Shown one piece after another: positions 1-9,017 of a DNA stretch of 64,000 nucleotides. Numbering within the stretch: the first letter of the stretch is position 1; every line of letters starts with the position of its first letter. The notes beneath the pieces are model-generated. The model saw only the letters and a list, made by a program, of their open reading frames with translations, had not been told where the DNA came from and did not search any database. This stretch comes from Candidatus Latescibacterota bacterium (GTDB taxonomy: Bacteria; Latescibacterota; UBA2968; SICM01): the NCBI GenBank assembly GCA_965217865.1, contig CBDCJO010000002.1, positions 4,992,001 through 5,056,000 on the forward strand, in the 5' to 3' direction. Position numbers and translations under genes: made by a program.

Positions 1-9
1 GATTCCCTT

Positions 10-1170
10 ATGTTTGTAACCACCAAGGATCGGGCAGTACTGTTTGCGAACGATTTCCCGCCAGTGGGGAGCGGAATCGCAACCGCTTTCCTCAACTTCT
101 GGATGAGGCTTCCTAAAGAACGGGTGGTTGTGATCGCCCCCCGTATGGTGGGGGCCCGGGAGGTGGACGCAGGACTTCCTTTTCCGGTCAAGCGGATCAC
201 TCTCCCGCGAGGGGAAGGAGCCCTGTCAAAAATTCTTAAGACGGGTCTAACGATCATCCACTCGCTCAGGATTGCGGGTTCCGCCAGGCCTTCCTGTCTA
301 CACTGCGGTCAGGTTTTCTCCTCGGGGATTGCGGGTTGGATCTGCAAACGGATCTTCGGCATCCCTTACGTGATCTATGTGTATGGTTCGGAAACGGTAC
401 GATTGGGCGGAGGGATTTTAAAAAGCTTGATGCGTGCGACCCTGGAGGGAAGCGAGAGGGTTGTCACCAATAGTAATGCGACCACGGATGAGTTCCGGGA
501 TTTTGGAGTCCGGGGAGAAAGGCTCATACGGGTTTATCCCGGGGTCGATCCAACTCTTTTTCAACCCGGTCCGAAGAACCCTGAGTTCCTGAGTCGCTAT
601 AGTCTTGAGGGCAGACGCGTCATCCTCACCGTGGCTAGGCTGGACCAGAGAAAGGGTCACGACATGGTCCTGCGGGCGTTGGGAAGGCTTCGGGACTCTC
701 ATCCGGATCTCGTCTATCTGGTGACGGGGCGAGGTAGAGAAGAATCGAGACTCAAGGCCCTTGCGGAGGACTGCGGGGTCGCAAATCGGGTCCGTTTCAT
801 CGGATTCGTGCCCGATGAGGACCTCCCGTCGATCTATAATCTCTGCGATGTCTTCGCCATGCCGAACCGCGTGACGGAGGGGACGGCGCTCAAAGGGGAT
901 GTGGAGGGGTTCGGGATTACGTTTGTCGAAGCCGGGGCCTGCGCCAAGCCCGTGGTGGCGGGACGCTCTGGGGGCGCGATAGAGGCTGTCCTGGATGGCC
1001 AGACCGGGGTCCTGGTCGATCCCCATTCGGAAGAGGAGGTCACTGAAGCGATCCGGGGCTTGCTGGATAATCCCGATGAGGCCCGCCGCCTGGGGGAGGC
1101 AGGGCGCCTTCGGGCTGAAAGGGAATTTGACTGGAACCGATTGGCCAAGCAAATTGAGGAGATCTTATAG
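10..1170 (+). CDS. GT4 family glycosyltransferase (PimB-like)
   Basis: NDFPP..GI N-terminus, VARLDQRKGHD and EGFGITFVEAGAC..PVVAG.SGG GT-B motifs. Confidence 0.92.
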   Translation: MFVTTKDRAVLFANDFPPVGSGIATAFLNFWMRLPKERVVVIAPRMVGAREVDAGLPFPVKRITLPRGEGALSKILKTGLTIIHSLRIAGSARPSCLHCGQVFSSGIAGWICKRIFGIPYVIYVYGSETVRLGGGILKSLMRATLEGSERVVTNSNATTDEFRDFGVRGERLIRVYPGVDPTLFQPGPKNPEFLSRYSLEGRRVILTVARLDQRKGHDMVLRALGRLRDSHPDLVYLVTGRGREESRLKALAEDCGVANRVRFIGFVPDEDLPSIYNLCDVFAMPNRVTEGTALKGDVEGFGITFVEAGACAKPVVAGRSGGAIEAVLDGQTGVLVDPHSEEEVTEAIRGLLDNPDEARRLGEAGRLRAEREFDWNRLAKQIEEIL

Positions 1171-1198
1171 TATCAAATCCGAATGTGAGGAGGGAATC

Positions 1199-2536
1199 TT
1201 GTCCAAAACCGTTAAGATTGCTGTCGTGGGAGGGGGAAGTTATGGGTGGACGCCCAATCTTATGTCGGACCTCGCTCGGTCGACTTACTTGTCGGGGTCG
1301 GAGCTCTGTCTGATCGATACGGATCCAGGTCGCCTGGAGGTCATGGACCCCCTGGGGGTTCGTTATTTCCGGGAGAAAAATTCGAAGTGCCGGATACAAA
1401 CGACGACGGATCTTTCGAAGGGCTTGGATGGAGCCGATTATGTGATGGTTTGTATCTCGACCGGCGGGCTGAAGTCCATGGCGGTGGATTTGGAAGTCCC
1501 GGAACGCTACGGGGTCTATCAACCTGTCGGGGATACGGTGGGGCCGGGGGGCCTTTCCCGCACCTTCAGAAATGTACCGGTCTTTCTGGATCTGGCTCGT
1601 CAAGTGGAGGATCGTTGTCGACCAGGGGCACTGATGATCAACGTGACGAACCCCCTGACCCCCCTCACCCGGGTGGTCGCCAGGGAGACGAGTGTTCCGG
1701 TGGTTGGGCTTTGCCACGGAGTGGGGGGGCAGGTGAATCACCTGTCCGGGCTGGTCGGTGCCGAGGGACCCGAGGATGTCGCCTATGTCACATCCGGGAT
1801 GGACCACTGTCCCTGGTTGCTCGAGTTCAAAGTTGGGGGTCGGGACGTGGGGGAGGTTCTGATTGAGATGGGAATCGACGAGTGGTTAGCGACTCCCCTG
1901 GATCAGGTTCAGGAGGACAGTCCCTTTGTGGAAGAGGTGAAAAACCGGGCGGGATTCAGGCTCTGGCGGGACCTGGGTTACTTGCCGGGGATCGGCGACC
2001 GTCACCTCACGGAGTTCTTCCCACATTTCCTGAAGGACAAGGAGACCATCTCCCGATATGGCGTGAAATTGACCACGATCACCACCCGGGTGGAGAATCT
2101 GAAAAGGGCCAGGGAACGGGCGGAGGGGATGGCCTCAGGGAAGGTACCGTTGAGATTCAACCCGCCCGCGGACAACGTCATCGGGATCGTCGAGGCGCTG
2201 GAGGGAGGCGACCGTCTGATGGAATCTGTCAACGCTCCGAATATCGGCCAGGTCTCCAACCTGCCGACCGGCTTCGTCGTGGAGACCAGGTGCGCTTACG
2301 ATGCGACAGGGATTCACCCCCTTGCTGCTGGTGCACTTCCTTCCGTCCTGCGCGCGATCGTGGAGCCCCACCTCCTTCGACAGGAACTGAGTATCGATGC
2401 TGCACTCGAGGGTGACCGCCGGAAGGCCCTTCAAGCCCTGATTGAAGACCCGCGGATAATGGACATAGACATTGCAAGGCCGATGTTGAATGAGATGCTG
2501 GAAGGAAACAGGGAACATTTGCCGAGGTTTTTCTAA
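1199..2536 (+). CDS. Glycoside hydrolase family 4 (NAD-dependent, alpha-galactosidase/glucosidase-like)
   Basis: KIAVVGGGS Rossmann start, GDTVGPGG, NVTNP, GLCHG motifs; TTG start at 1199 after GAGGAGG RBS (ORF-track start 995 overlaps the previous gene). Confidence 0.9.
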   Translation: MSKTVKIAVVGGGSYGWTPNLMSDLARSTYLSGSELCLIDTDPGRLEVMDPLGVRYFREKNSKCRIQTTTDLSKGLDGADYVMVCISTGGLKSMAVDLEVPERYGVYQPVGDTVGPGGLSRTFRNVPVFLDLARQVEDRCRPGALMINVTNPLTPLTRVVARETSVPVVGLCHGVGGQVNHLSGLVGAEGPEDVAYVTSGMDHCPWLLEFKVGGRDVGEVLIEMGIDEWLATPLDQVQEDSPFVEEVKNRAGFRLWRDLGYLPGIGDRHLTEFFPHFLKDKETISRYGVKLTTITTRVENLKRARERAEGMASGKVPLRFNPPADNVIGIVEALEGGDRLMESVNAPNIGQVSNLPTGFVVETRCAYDATGIHPLAAGALPSVLRAIVEPHLLRQELSIDAALEGDRRKALQALIEDPRIMDIDIARPMLNEMLEGNREHLPRFF

Positions 2537-2538
2537 AA

Positions 2539-3300
2539 ATGTCAACATCTGAATCACTAAACGGGCGGGTCGCGATTGTGACAGGGGCCGGCCGTGGAAT
2601 GGGTCGCGCCGTGGCTATCGCAATCGGCAAAAGGGGGGGGAGCGTTGTCGTTAATGACTTAGACACGCCATCCGCCGAGGAGACCGCGGCGAAGCTCACG
2701 GGCAAGGGCTACGATGCGATCGCCGTCCAGGCCGACGTGGTCGACCCATCGGGCGTCCGGAGTATGGTCGATCGGACCGTTGAGCGGTTCGGCGCTGTGC
2801 ATATCCTGGTGAACAACGCGGGGATTCTCCGGCCGACTTCCGTCCCGGATATTTCCGTGGAGGAATGGGAGCTTGTGATCGGGGTCAATCTGAAAGGGAC
2901 CTTCCTCTGTTCCCAAGCCGTTCTTCCGTCGATGAAGGACGGGGGCTGGGGCCGTATTGTCAATTTTTCTTCCACGGCCGGAAAGAGCGTCAGCACCCTT
3001 GGTGGGGCCCACTATACCTCGGCCAAAGCGGGCATCCTGGGCTTCACCCGACACCTTGCAAAGGAGGTCGCAGGGGACGGGATTACGGTCAATGCGGTCT
3101 GTCCGGGATTGATCGACACGGAGATGGTCCGGTCAACGATCGACGAGGAAGGGATTCGGGGTTACACCGAAGGTTTCCCGATTTCACGTCTGGGTACACC
3201 CGAGGAGGTGGCGGACCTGGTGACGTTCCTGGTTTCGGATCGTGCGGCATATATCACCGGGGCCGCGATCGATATCAACGGGGGAGATTTGATGGTGTAA
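2539..3300 (+). CDS. Short-chain dehydrogenase/reductase (FabG-like)
   Basis: TGAGRGMG, NNAG, YTSAK catalytic motif, INGG C-terminus. Confidence 0.92.
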   Translation: MSTSESLNGRVAIVTGAGRGMGRAVAIAIGKRGGSVVVNDLDTPSAEETAAKLTGKGYDAIAVQADVVDPSGVRSMVDRTVERFGAVHILVNNAGILRPTSVPDISVEEWELVIGVNLKGTFLCSQAVLPSMKDGGWGRIVNFSSTAGKSVSTLGGAHYTSAKAGILGFTRHLAKEVAGDGITVNAVCPGLIDTEMVRSTIDEEGIRGYTEGFPISRLGTPEEVADLVTFLVSDRAAYITGAAIDINGGDLMV

Positions 3301-3524
3301 AGGTCACCGAGCAGGATCGGGCCTTCGGAAAAGTTCAACTGAAGTTGATCGTGCAGGGGCGCACCGTTCGGTTCGGCTGCGAACCTTTTAGGATGATACC
3401 TATGACACCTACCGAAATTATATGATACGAAAGTCCGGCTTGCCTTCTAAGTGTCGGGTTTGGAGGTATTATATCCATCGGATAAAAAGGATTTGAGCGA
3501 TGAACCCTAACCCTCTTATCATAA

Positions 3525-4421
3525 GGTGATTGAGTAGATATTGGCACCAGCGTATATTAATAATATGCTGGTAATTAATCCACTTAAGTTAGCAAATGAC
3601 TGCAAGATAAGTAGGGCCTATTTTCGTGCAGCCCGTTGGGGTGGAAAAAGGCGATGTCCAAGCTGCGATTATCAGCGCAGGTTGCCCTTATTAAAAGACG
3701 ATCGGTTCAGGTGTTCACGGTGTGGATATCGGTTTAAAGATTTCACGGGCACTTATCTTGAAAGGCTTCGAATTTCATTTGACGAGCTTGCCCATTTACT
3801 TTATCTGTTTGTATTGGGAGTGCCCTCTTACCGATCCAGGCACTACCTGTCCGTATCGCTGAAAACGGCTCAGCGGATTTATACCACGTTTCGCCAGGCC
3901 ATCTACGATCATAGCTTTACGGACCAGGTGCTTTGGGGTGAGATCGAGTTGGACGAGGCGATGTATGGAGGTCATCATAAGGGTAAGCGTGGATGGGGAG
4001 CAGCCGGAAAACACTTGGTTTTCGGGCTTTATCAGAGGAACGGAAAAGTCCTCACCTTTCCCATTCCGGATCGAAGTCGAAACACCCTTACACCGCTTGT
4101 GACCTCACACACCAAAGCAGGCAGTCTATACTACACCGATGACTGGCACGCCTACACTTGGCTGTCAGTCAAAGGTGACCACGTGGTTGTTCGAAAAGAA
4201 GAAGGGGTGCCCAAAGGCAAAGGCCGACATCACATCAATGGCATCGAAGGCTTCTGGAGTTTTTCTAAAAATTGGCTATATCAATACAGAGGAATCCCTC
4301 GACATCATTTCCATTTATACCTGAAGGAAACAGAGTTCAGATTCAACCAGGAAGACGAGGATCTCTTCCCAATTATTGCTTCATATCTGGTGAATCTGGT
4401 ACCAATATCTTCCTAATTACC
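3525..4421 (+). mobile_element. IS1595-family insertion sequence, complete
   Basis: 26-bp imperfect TIRs (GGTGATTGAGTAGATATTGGCACCAG / rc GGTAATTAGGAAGATATTGGTACCAG); 8-bp target duplication TATCATAA at 3517-3524 and 4422-4429. Confidence 0.93.
3565..4416 (+). CDS. IS1595-family DDE transposase
   Basis: CPSC/CSRC zinc finger, IELDEAMYGG, YTDDW, HINGIEGFWS, YLKETEFRFN. Confidence 0.93.
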   Translation: MLVINPLKLANDCKISRAYFRAARWGGKRRCPSCDYQRRLPLLKDDRFRCSRCGYRFKDFTGTYLERLRISFDELAHLLYLFVLGVPSYRSRHYLSVSLKTAQRIYTTFRQAIYDHSFTDQVLWGEIELDEAMYGGHHKGKRGWGAAGKHLVFGLYQRNGKVLTFPIPDRSRNTLTPLVTSHTKAGSLYYTDDWHAYTWLSVKGDHVVVRKEEGVPKGKGRHHINGIEGFWSFSKNWLYQYRGIPRHHFHLYLKETEFRFNQEDEDLFPIIASYLVNLVPISS

Positions 4422-4675
4422 TATCATAAACACATACAGCGCCTTACGGGATGAAGTCGGAAAGGTTCTAAGTGCCGGTAAGGAAAGGGCCCGCCAGGCT
4501 GTGGAACGGGAAAAAGCTGGGACCTACTGGGAGGTTGGGGGCTTGATCCAGGGGCATTTGCTTGCAAATAAGGACCGGGCAGACTACGGAAAAAAGTTGG
4601 TTCCCCGGCTGGCAAATTCCGTGGGGATCAGCGAGAGGGTTTTGTATGAATCTCTCCAATTCTACCGCTCGTTTC

Positions 4676-4701
4676 CAATTCTGCGCGCGCGCGCAGAATT
4701 G
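4676..4701. repeat. Perfect 26-bp palindrome inside the DUF1016 coding region
   Basis: CAATTCTGCGCGCGCGCGCAGAATTG is its own reverse complement; encodes ILRARAEL just before TWSHY. Confidence 0.95.
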
Positions 4702-5532
4702 ACCTGGTCGCACTACCGAAAACTGATGAAAATCCCGTCGGATAACAAACGATATCTCTTTGCAAAAAAAGCAGATAGACAGGGTTGGAGCAGCCGGGAA
4801 CTGGCCGCGCAGATACAGGCCGGATCTCTCCCGGCGAAGAGCGTTCAGCAGCCCGAAAAGGGTCCGATCATCCGACTCCAAGCCAAGCGGGGACGGCTTT
4901 TCACCTACCGGCTGATCGAGGCTCCGAGCGGAAGGGGACTGCGGCTGGATCTGGGGTTCGGAATCCTTCTAAAAAGGTCACTAAATCGGCTTGGTAACCC
5001 CGAAGAAGGCTCGTTTGTGGAGGCGGTTCGGGGTCCGGATGACGGGGAACCGGTTTTCAGGCTTCGGACAATTCGCGACAGGCGGGCATTTTATACGTAC
5101 TTGGCGTACGTGGAGCGTGTAATCGACGGGGACACCATATGGCTGGACGTGGACTGCTGTTTCCAGGTGTGGAGCCGGCAGAAGGTGCGCCTGAGAGGGA
5201 TCGACACGCCGGAGCTTCGGACCAGGGAGGGCCAGGAGGCGAGGGCATTCGTGGCGTCAGCGCTTTCAGGGAATGGGTCTGTGGCGATCACGACGACGAA
5301 ACCGGACAAGTACGACCGGTATCTGGCCGACCTGTTTTATCTGCCCGGAAAAGGGAAGGCTGAAGATGCGGTGAGAAACGGCCGGTTTTTAAACGGGGGA
5401 GCTGTTAGGAAGGGATACGCAAAGAGGCATTGAAGATTGAAGAAATCAATAAGGCCACAAGAGGGCCGCCTTTCCGATCCCCGAATCACGAATCACGATC
5501 CACGGCCTCACATATTTGATGCCAGATTGGGG

Positions 5533-5568
5533 TTGACTCGGCTTTGAATAGTTGATATATTCAACTAT
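5533..5568 (+). promoter_or_regulatory. Sigma70-type promoter with overlapping inverted-repeat operator, probably leaderless
   Basis: TTGACT (5533-5538) N17 TATATT (5556-5561); ATAGTTGA-N5-TCAACTAT (5548-5568); ATG at 5569. Confidence 0.7.
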
Positions 5569-5937
5569 ATGAATATTTCAACCGATTGGCTGGGCGAGAT
5601 TCGCCGATTGCCGTCCAGCAAACGGGCTGTGGTCCACGAACCGGAAACGCCGAGATATTCGCAGGCCCGAACCAAGCTTCGCTATCTGATTAACCAGGGG
5701 ATATACATCGGCTTCCAGAAAAGTCCTGAAAAGCACAGGGAAATCGAGATCGCTGTCTGGGCACCCCCTGATGCAGGAAAAAGATCCGGGCACTATGGTT
5801 GCTTTCGGGTATTCTTTAAGGGCGGTGAAGTCCTAAGCGCTGTCCTTTTTTGTTATTATGACGGAACTGAAGGGTCTCCGGGTTTCACATCCCGTGAGAA
5901 GGCGCAAGTTTTCGCCAGACAACAGGGTTTTATTTAA
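5569..5937 (+). CDS. Hypothetical protein, candidate toxin
   Basis: 122-aa ORF directly after the promoter and 10 bp before an HTH gene; no family recognised. Confidence 0.6.
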   Translation: MNISTDWLGEIRRLPSSKRAVVHEPETPRYSQARTKLRYLINQGIYIGFQKSPEKHREIEIAVWAPPDAGKRSGHYGCFRVFFKGGEVLSAVLFCYYDGTEGSPGFTSREKAQVFARQQGFI

Positions 5938-5947
5938 GGAGAAAAGA

Positions 5948-6418
5948 ATGGCTAAACTGAGTGAGAGAAATTACAAATATCAGGCTGCTGGACGAACCTG
6001 GGTAGTGCCGAAGCTCAATCTCGCAAAGATGCCCGATGGTACAGTGGCAATACTGGAGAAAGAGATTGATAGGATACATCGGGCAATTGCGAATGAGATC
6101 TGCGGGTCGCCAGAGAATCTCTCAAAGGAGGAGCTTGAATTCCTATGTGATGTTGCTGAGACTCCCTTCTCGCAAGTTGCTGACTACCTTGGTGTGCACA
6201 AGAGTACGCTCACTAAGTGGCGCAGAAGTGAATTACCAAAGAACGCTTTGAATCTTCTTCTCAAGAAGTGGTTCTGGTTCAAGCTCTTTGGGTCATTCGT
6301 TGGCAATTATACAGTGAGGTACAGAGAGCTAGAAGATGAAAGAACATTCTTGGCTCACGCCAAAAGTGAGGCAATTGGGAAGAAACTCGCTGAGTCAATA
6401 AAAAAGATGACGGCTTAG
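5948..6418 (+). CDS. XRE-type HTH protein, MqsA-like antitoxin architecture
   Basis: AAGGAG RBS at 5936; LSKEELEFL...SQVADYLGVHKSTLTKW helix-turn-helix after a beta-rich N-terminus. Confidence 0.7.
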   Translation: MAKLSERNYKYQAAGRTWVVPKLNLAKMPDGTVAILEKEIDRIHRAIANEICGSPENLSKEELEFLCDVAETPFSQVADYLGVHKSTLTKWRRSELPKNALNLLLKKWFWFKLFGSFVGNYTVRYRELEDERTFLAHAKSEAIGKKLAESIKKMTA

Positions 6419-6759
6419 CCTTAATGCGGCATTAATCGCGTCCCCGTAACGAAGAGAATCTCGCCGGGGTTGGTGTTTGAAGCATTCAGGGCTTATTCCA
6501 TGAGTCCACATTCTGTGGCCTGATGGAAGCCAGCTTCAGTCTGGCTTGGTGCCCCAGAAGCGAGGGGCTTCAGCCCCACGCGACGGTTGCCGAATGCCGA
6601 ATTAAGGTTAGTTATGCATAGAAAGGTTTAACGTCAATATACCTTTAAGCGTCTTAAATAATTGCGCATAATTTCTGGAGAGTTTCGTTTCAACGAGCCT
6701 GCTCCTTTCCTGTAGTCAATGGCTGAACGATCTCTGTGCGTAATATTTTGATCGACGCT

Positions 6760-7300
6760 TCACGCTGCCGCTGCCACTTTTTTTGTGCCACTTCCGTCTC
6801 ACGGTTTTCCTGCCACTGCCACTGCTTTTCCCCTGACTTCCGACCTCTGGCCCCTGACGTTGCTCTTCCTGCCCCTGCCACTGCTCTCCCTGGCCCCTGA
6901 CTTCAGGTTTTGACTTTACCTGACCTCCGACCTCTGGCCACTGCCCTTGCCTTTCCTGCTACTTCCACCTGCCACTGCTCTCCCTGACCCCTGACCTTTT
7001 ATACGCAAATATTTATGATGTAAACGACACCCCATGCTTGTACGTGGACTGCGGTTTCCAGGTGTGGAGCCGGCAGAAGGTTGCCTTTTTGAACCCCGAA
7101 TCACGATCCACGAACCCCGGGTTCTCCGATCCCTGACCTCCGACCTCTGACCCCTGCCTTTCCTGCCACTGCCACTGCTACTGCCTTTGCTTTCCCCGTT
7201 TCACCTCTCACGGTTTTCCTGCTACTGCCACTGCAACTGCTTTTCCCCTGACCTCTGACTTCCAGTTTTGACTTTCCCCGACCTCTGACCCCCGACCCCT
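6760..7300 (+). repeat. Pyrimidine-rich mosaic of short degenerate repeats with an embedded thermonuclease gene fragment
   Basis: Many CTGACCT/CCGACCT/CTGACCC and TGCCAC units; 7042-7081 matches 5147-5186 at 39/40 nt. Confidence 0.85.
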
Positions 7301-7302
7301 GC

Positions 7303-7479
7303 TTATCGGTGCATACCTTGCGGCATTCCTTCGCTACTCATTTGCTTGAACGGGGAACGGATTTGCGTTATATTCAAGAATTATTAGGACATAAGAGTTC
7401 TAAGACCACCGAAATCTACACCAGGGTCACAACCCGAGATATCGGTAAGATTCAGAGTCCTCTGGATAGTTTAATGTAA
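7303..7479 (+). pseudogene. C-terminal fragment of a tyrosine recombinase (integron-integrase/XerA-like)
   Basis: Manual translation [58 protein letters not shown]: HxLRH, LLGH, catalytic Tyr, SPLD tail; N-terminal part absent. Confidence 0.9.
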
Positions 7480-7515
7480 CCGTCAAAGGTGAGTTCATCC
7501 TAAAAACGATTTCTC

Positions 7516-7638
7516 CTATAGCAAGGCATTCACGAACATATACCGGTATCTTCTTCGTGGGGAGGTATCTGCGAAGGGCGGGGAATATCCCGAAATTAAG
7601 AAATCTACGTAGGAGTTCGGGAATACCGTAAGTTAGGT
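7516..7638 (+). other. attC-like site directly after the integrase fragment
   Basis: GGCATTCACGAAC (7525-7537) pairs with GTTCGGGAATACC (7615-7627); ends in GTTAGGT (7632-7638); left core degenerate (CTATAGC). Confidence 0.6.
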
Positions 7639-7675
7639 GCCATGGTTGACATCAGCAAACTTCCTGAAGAGCAAC

Positions 7676-8470
7676 ATGAATGCTAAGTCGACTTGCGCTC
7701 TCTGCCTCACTCGGACGGAATTAGTCAACAGCCATCTGATCCCTGCGGCACTATACCGCCAGATTCGCGAGCCCCAGCAACTGAATCCCAACCCTGTCTT
7801 GATTTCTAAATCTGGAGCACGGCTCACAAGTGATCAGGTCAAAGCGCGTCTTCTTTGCAGTGATTGCGAAAATCTACTTTCCAGAGAAGGTGAGGACTAT
7901 GTTCTTCCGAGATGTGCAAGGAAAGACGGAGGGTTCAAATTACGGGACGACATACTCAAGGGCACTTTGATTGAACAGTCTCCGAGATACAAGGGCTACG
8001 AAATTGGCTCTACATTAAGGCAAGGGATCACCAAACTCCTCCACTTTGGCTCCGGTGTGTTTTGGAAGAGTTCCGTGGGCAAGTGGAAAGACCGGGGAAG
8101 GATGGTGAAATCCATCGATCTTGGGCCATATGAGGAAGAGTTCCGTCGGTATCTTCATGGGCAAGCACCTTTCCCTCTCCAAAGTCGTATGATGCTTCAG
8201 GTATCCGACAGCCCCAATCCTGACCTTGTAATTACTTTCCCTCATCGGACGAAACTGCGAGGAATGTTTAGGTACAAATTTCAGATACCAGGCCTGCAAT
8301 TCGTTCTTTTCGTTGGTGGCAAAATCCCTCACGAAAAGTTCACGCTTGCTTCGAGCACTTGCCAATCAGTGTTTCTTTGCGATTTGCACGACGATGGAGC
8401 GTTTCGTGGCATGCTTGATTTGGTGAGACAGGCTGGGAAACTGAAACCAGCAAGGCGAAAGAGGAAATAA
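7676..8470 (+). CDS. HNH-like zinc-binding protein in a gene cassette
   Basis: CALC...SHLIP...LLCSDCE..S pattern; cassette bounded by GTTAGGTGCC (7632-7641) and its exact complement GGCACCTAAC (8481-8490). Confidence 0.7.
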   Translation: MNAKSTCALCLTRTELVNSHLIPAALYRQIREPQQLNPNPVLISKSGARLTSDQVKARLLCSDCENLLSREGEDYVLPRCARKDGGFKLRDDILKGTLIEQSPRYKGYEIGSTLRQGITKLLHFGSGVFWKSSVGKWKDRGRMVKSIDLGPYEEEFRRYLHGQAPFPLQSRMMLQVSDSPNPDLVITFPHRTKLRGMFRYKFQIPGLQFVLFVGGKIPHEKFTLASSTCQSVFLCDLHDDGAFRGMLDLVRQAGKLKPARRKRK

Positions 8471-8658
8471 GGTCATCCACGGCACCTAACAAGGCACTCC
8501 CAAGCTTCGCTGACGCTCCGCAGAAACCTGCCTTTGTATCTTTTGTCTGAGATCGCCCGAAAAAACGGGGGCAAGGTCGAAGCAAGATCCTGGTTGCCTG
8601 TAGGGTTGAGAAGGGATACATATTTTGGGATATCCCTGACCTCACAGGAGGAGTAAAG

Positions 8659-8994
8659 ATGGAGCAACTGTCCTCAAACAGTGACCCGGTCAAGAAGCGC
8701 AGGAGCTTGTCCCCGGAACAGAAGTATGAGATTTTCCTTGAAGCCAGCCGGGGAGATGTTCCCATTGCACAGGTGCTGCGGAAATGGGGCATTCATTCCT
8801 CGGATCTAAAGCGTATTCGTGAGTCGGTCAAGTCCGGGGCCCTCAAGGAGTTCAAGGGTCGCCGGAGCCGCAAGCCGATGGTATCGGCTGAGGAGGTGGA
8901 GCAGCTGCGCAAAGAGCGGGCACGCCTGGAGCAAACGATCATTGAGCAATCTGTGGAACTTTCCCTGCTAAAAAAAAGTGTGAATGGGATCTGA
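8659..8994 (+). CDS. IS3-family OrfA (HTH)
   Basis: LSPEQKYEI...AQVLRKWGIHSSDL HTH plus leucine-zipper tail ending LLKKS. Confidence 0.85.
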   Translation: MEQLSSNSDPVKKRRSLSPEQKYEIFLEASRGDVPIAQVLRKWGIHSSDLKRIRESVKSGALKEFKGRRSRKPMVSAEEVEQLRKERARLEQTIIEQSVELSLLKKSVNGI

Positions 8995-9017
8995 CAGGCC
9001 CGATCAAGGGCCACCGG

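Larger units (their letters stand above)
3500..5433 (+). pseudogene. DUF1016 (YhcG) N-terminal domain + thermonuclease (SNase) fusion, interrupted by IS1595 at codon 9; residual ORF 4501-5433
   Basis: Removing 3525-4429 gives an open frame from ATG 3500 (MNPNPLIINTYSALRDEVGKVLSAGKERARQAVEREKAGTYWEVG). YWEVG, YG, FY..FP, LTWSHY and GWSSREL match DUF1016_N; VIDGDT, RLRGIDTPE and DKYDRYLA match SNase. Confidence 0.8.

Noticed and set aside
995-1198. N-terminal extension of the GH4 ORF
   Set aside because: Overlaps the glycosyltransferase; RBS and Rossmann motif point to 1199
6526-6580. REP-like hairpins GCCAGCTTCAGTCTGGC and GGGGCTTCAGCCCC
   Set aside because: Only two short, dissimilar copies and no RAYT gene in the window; insufficient support
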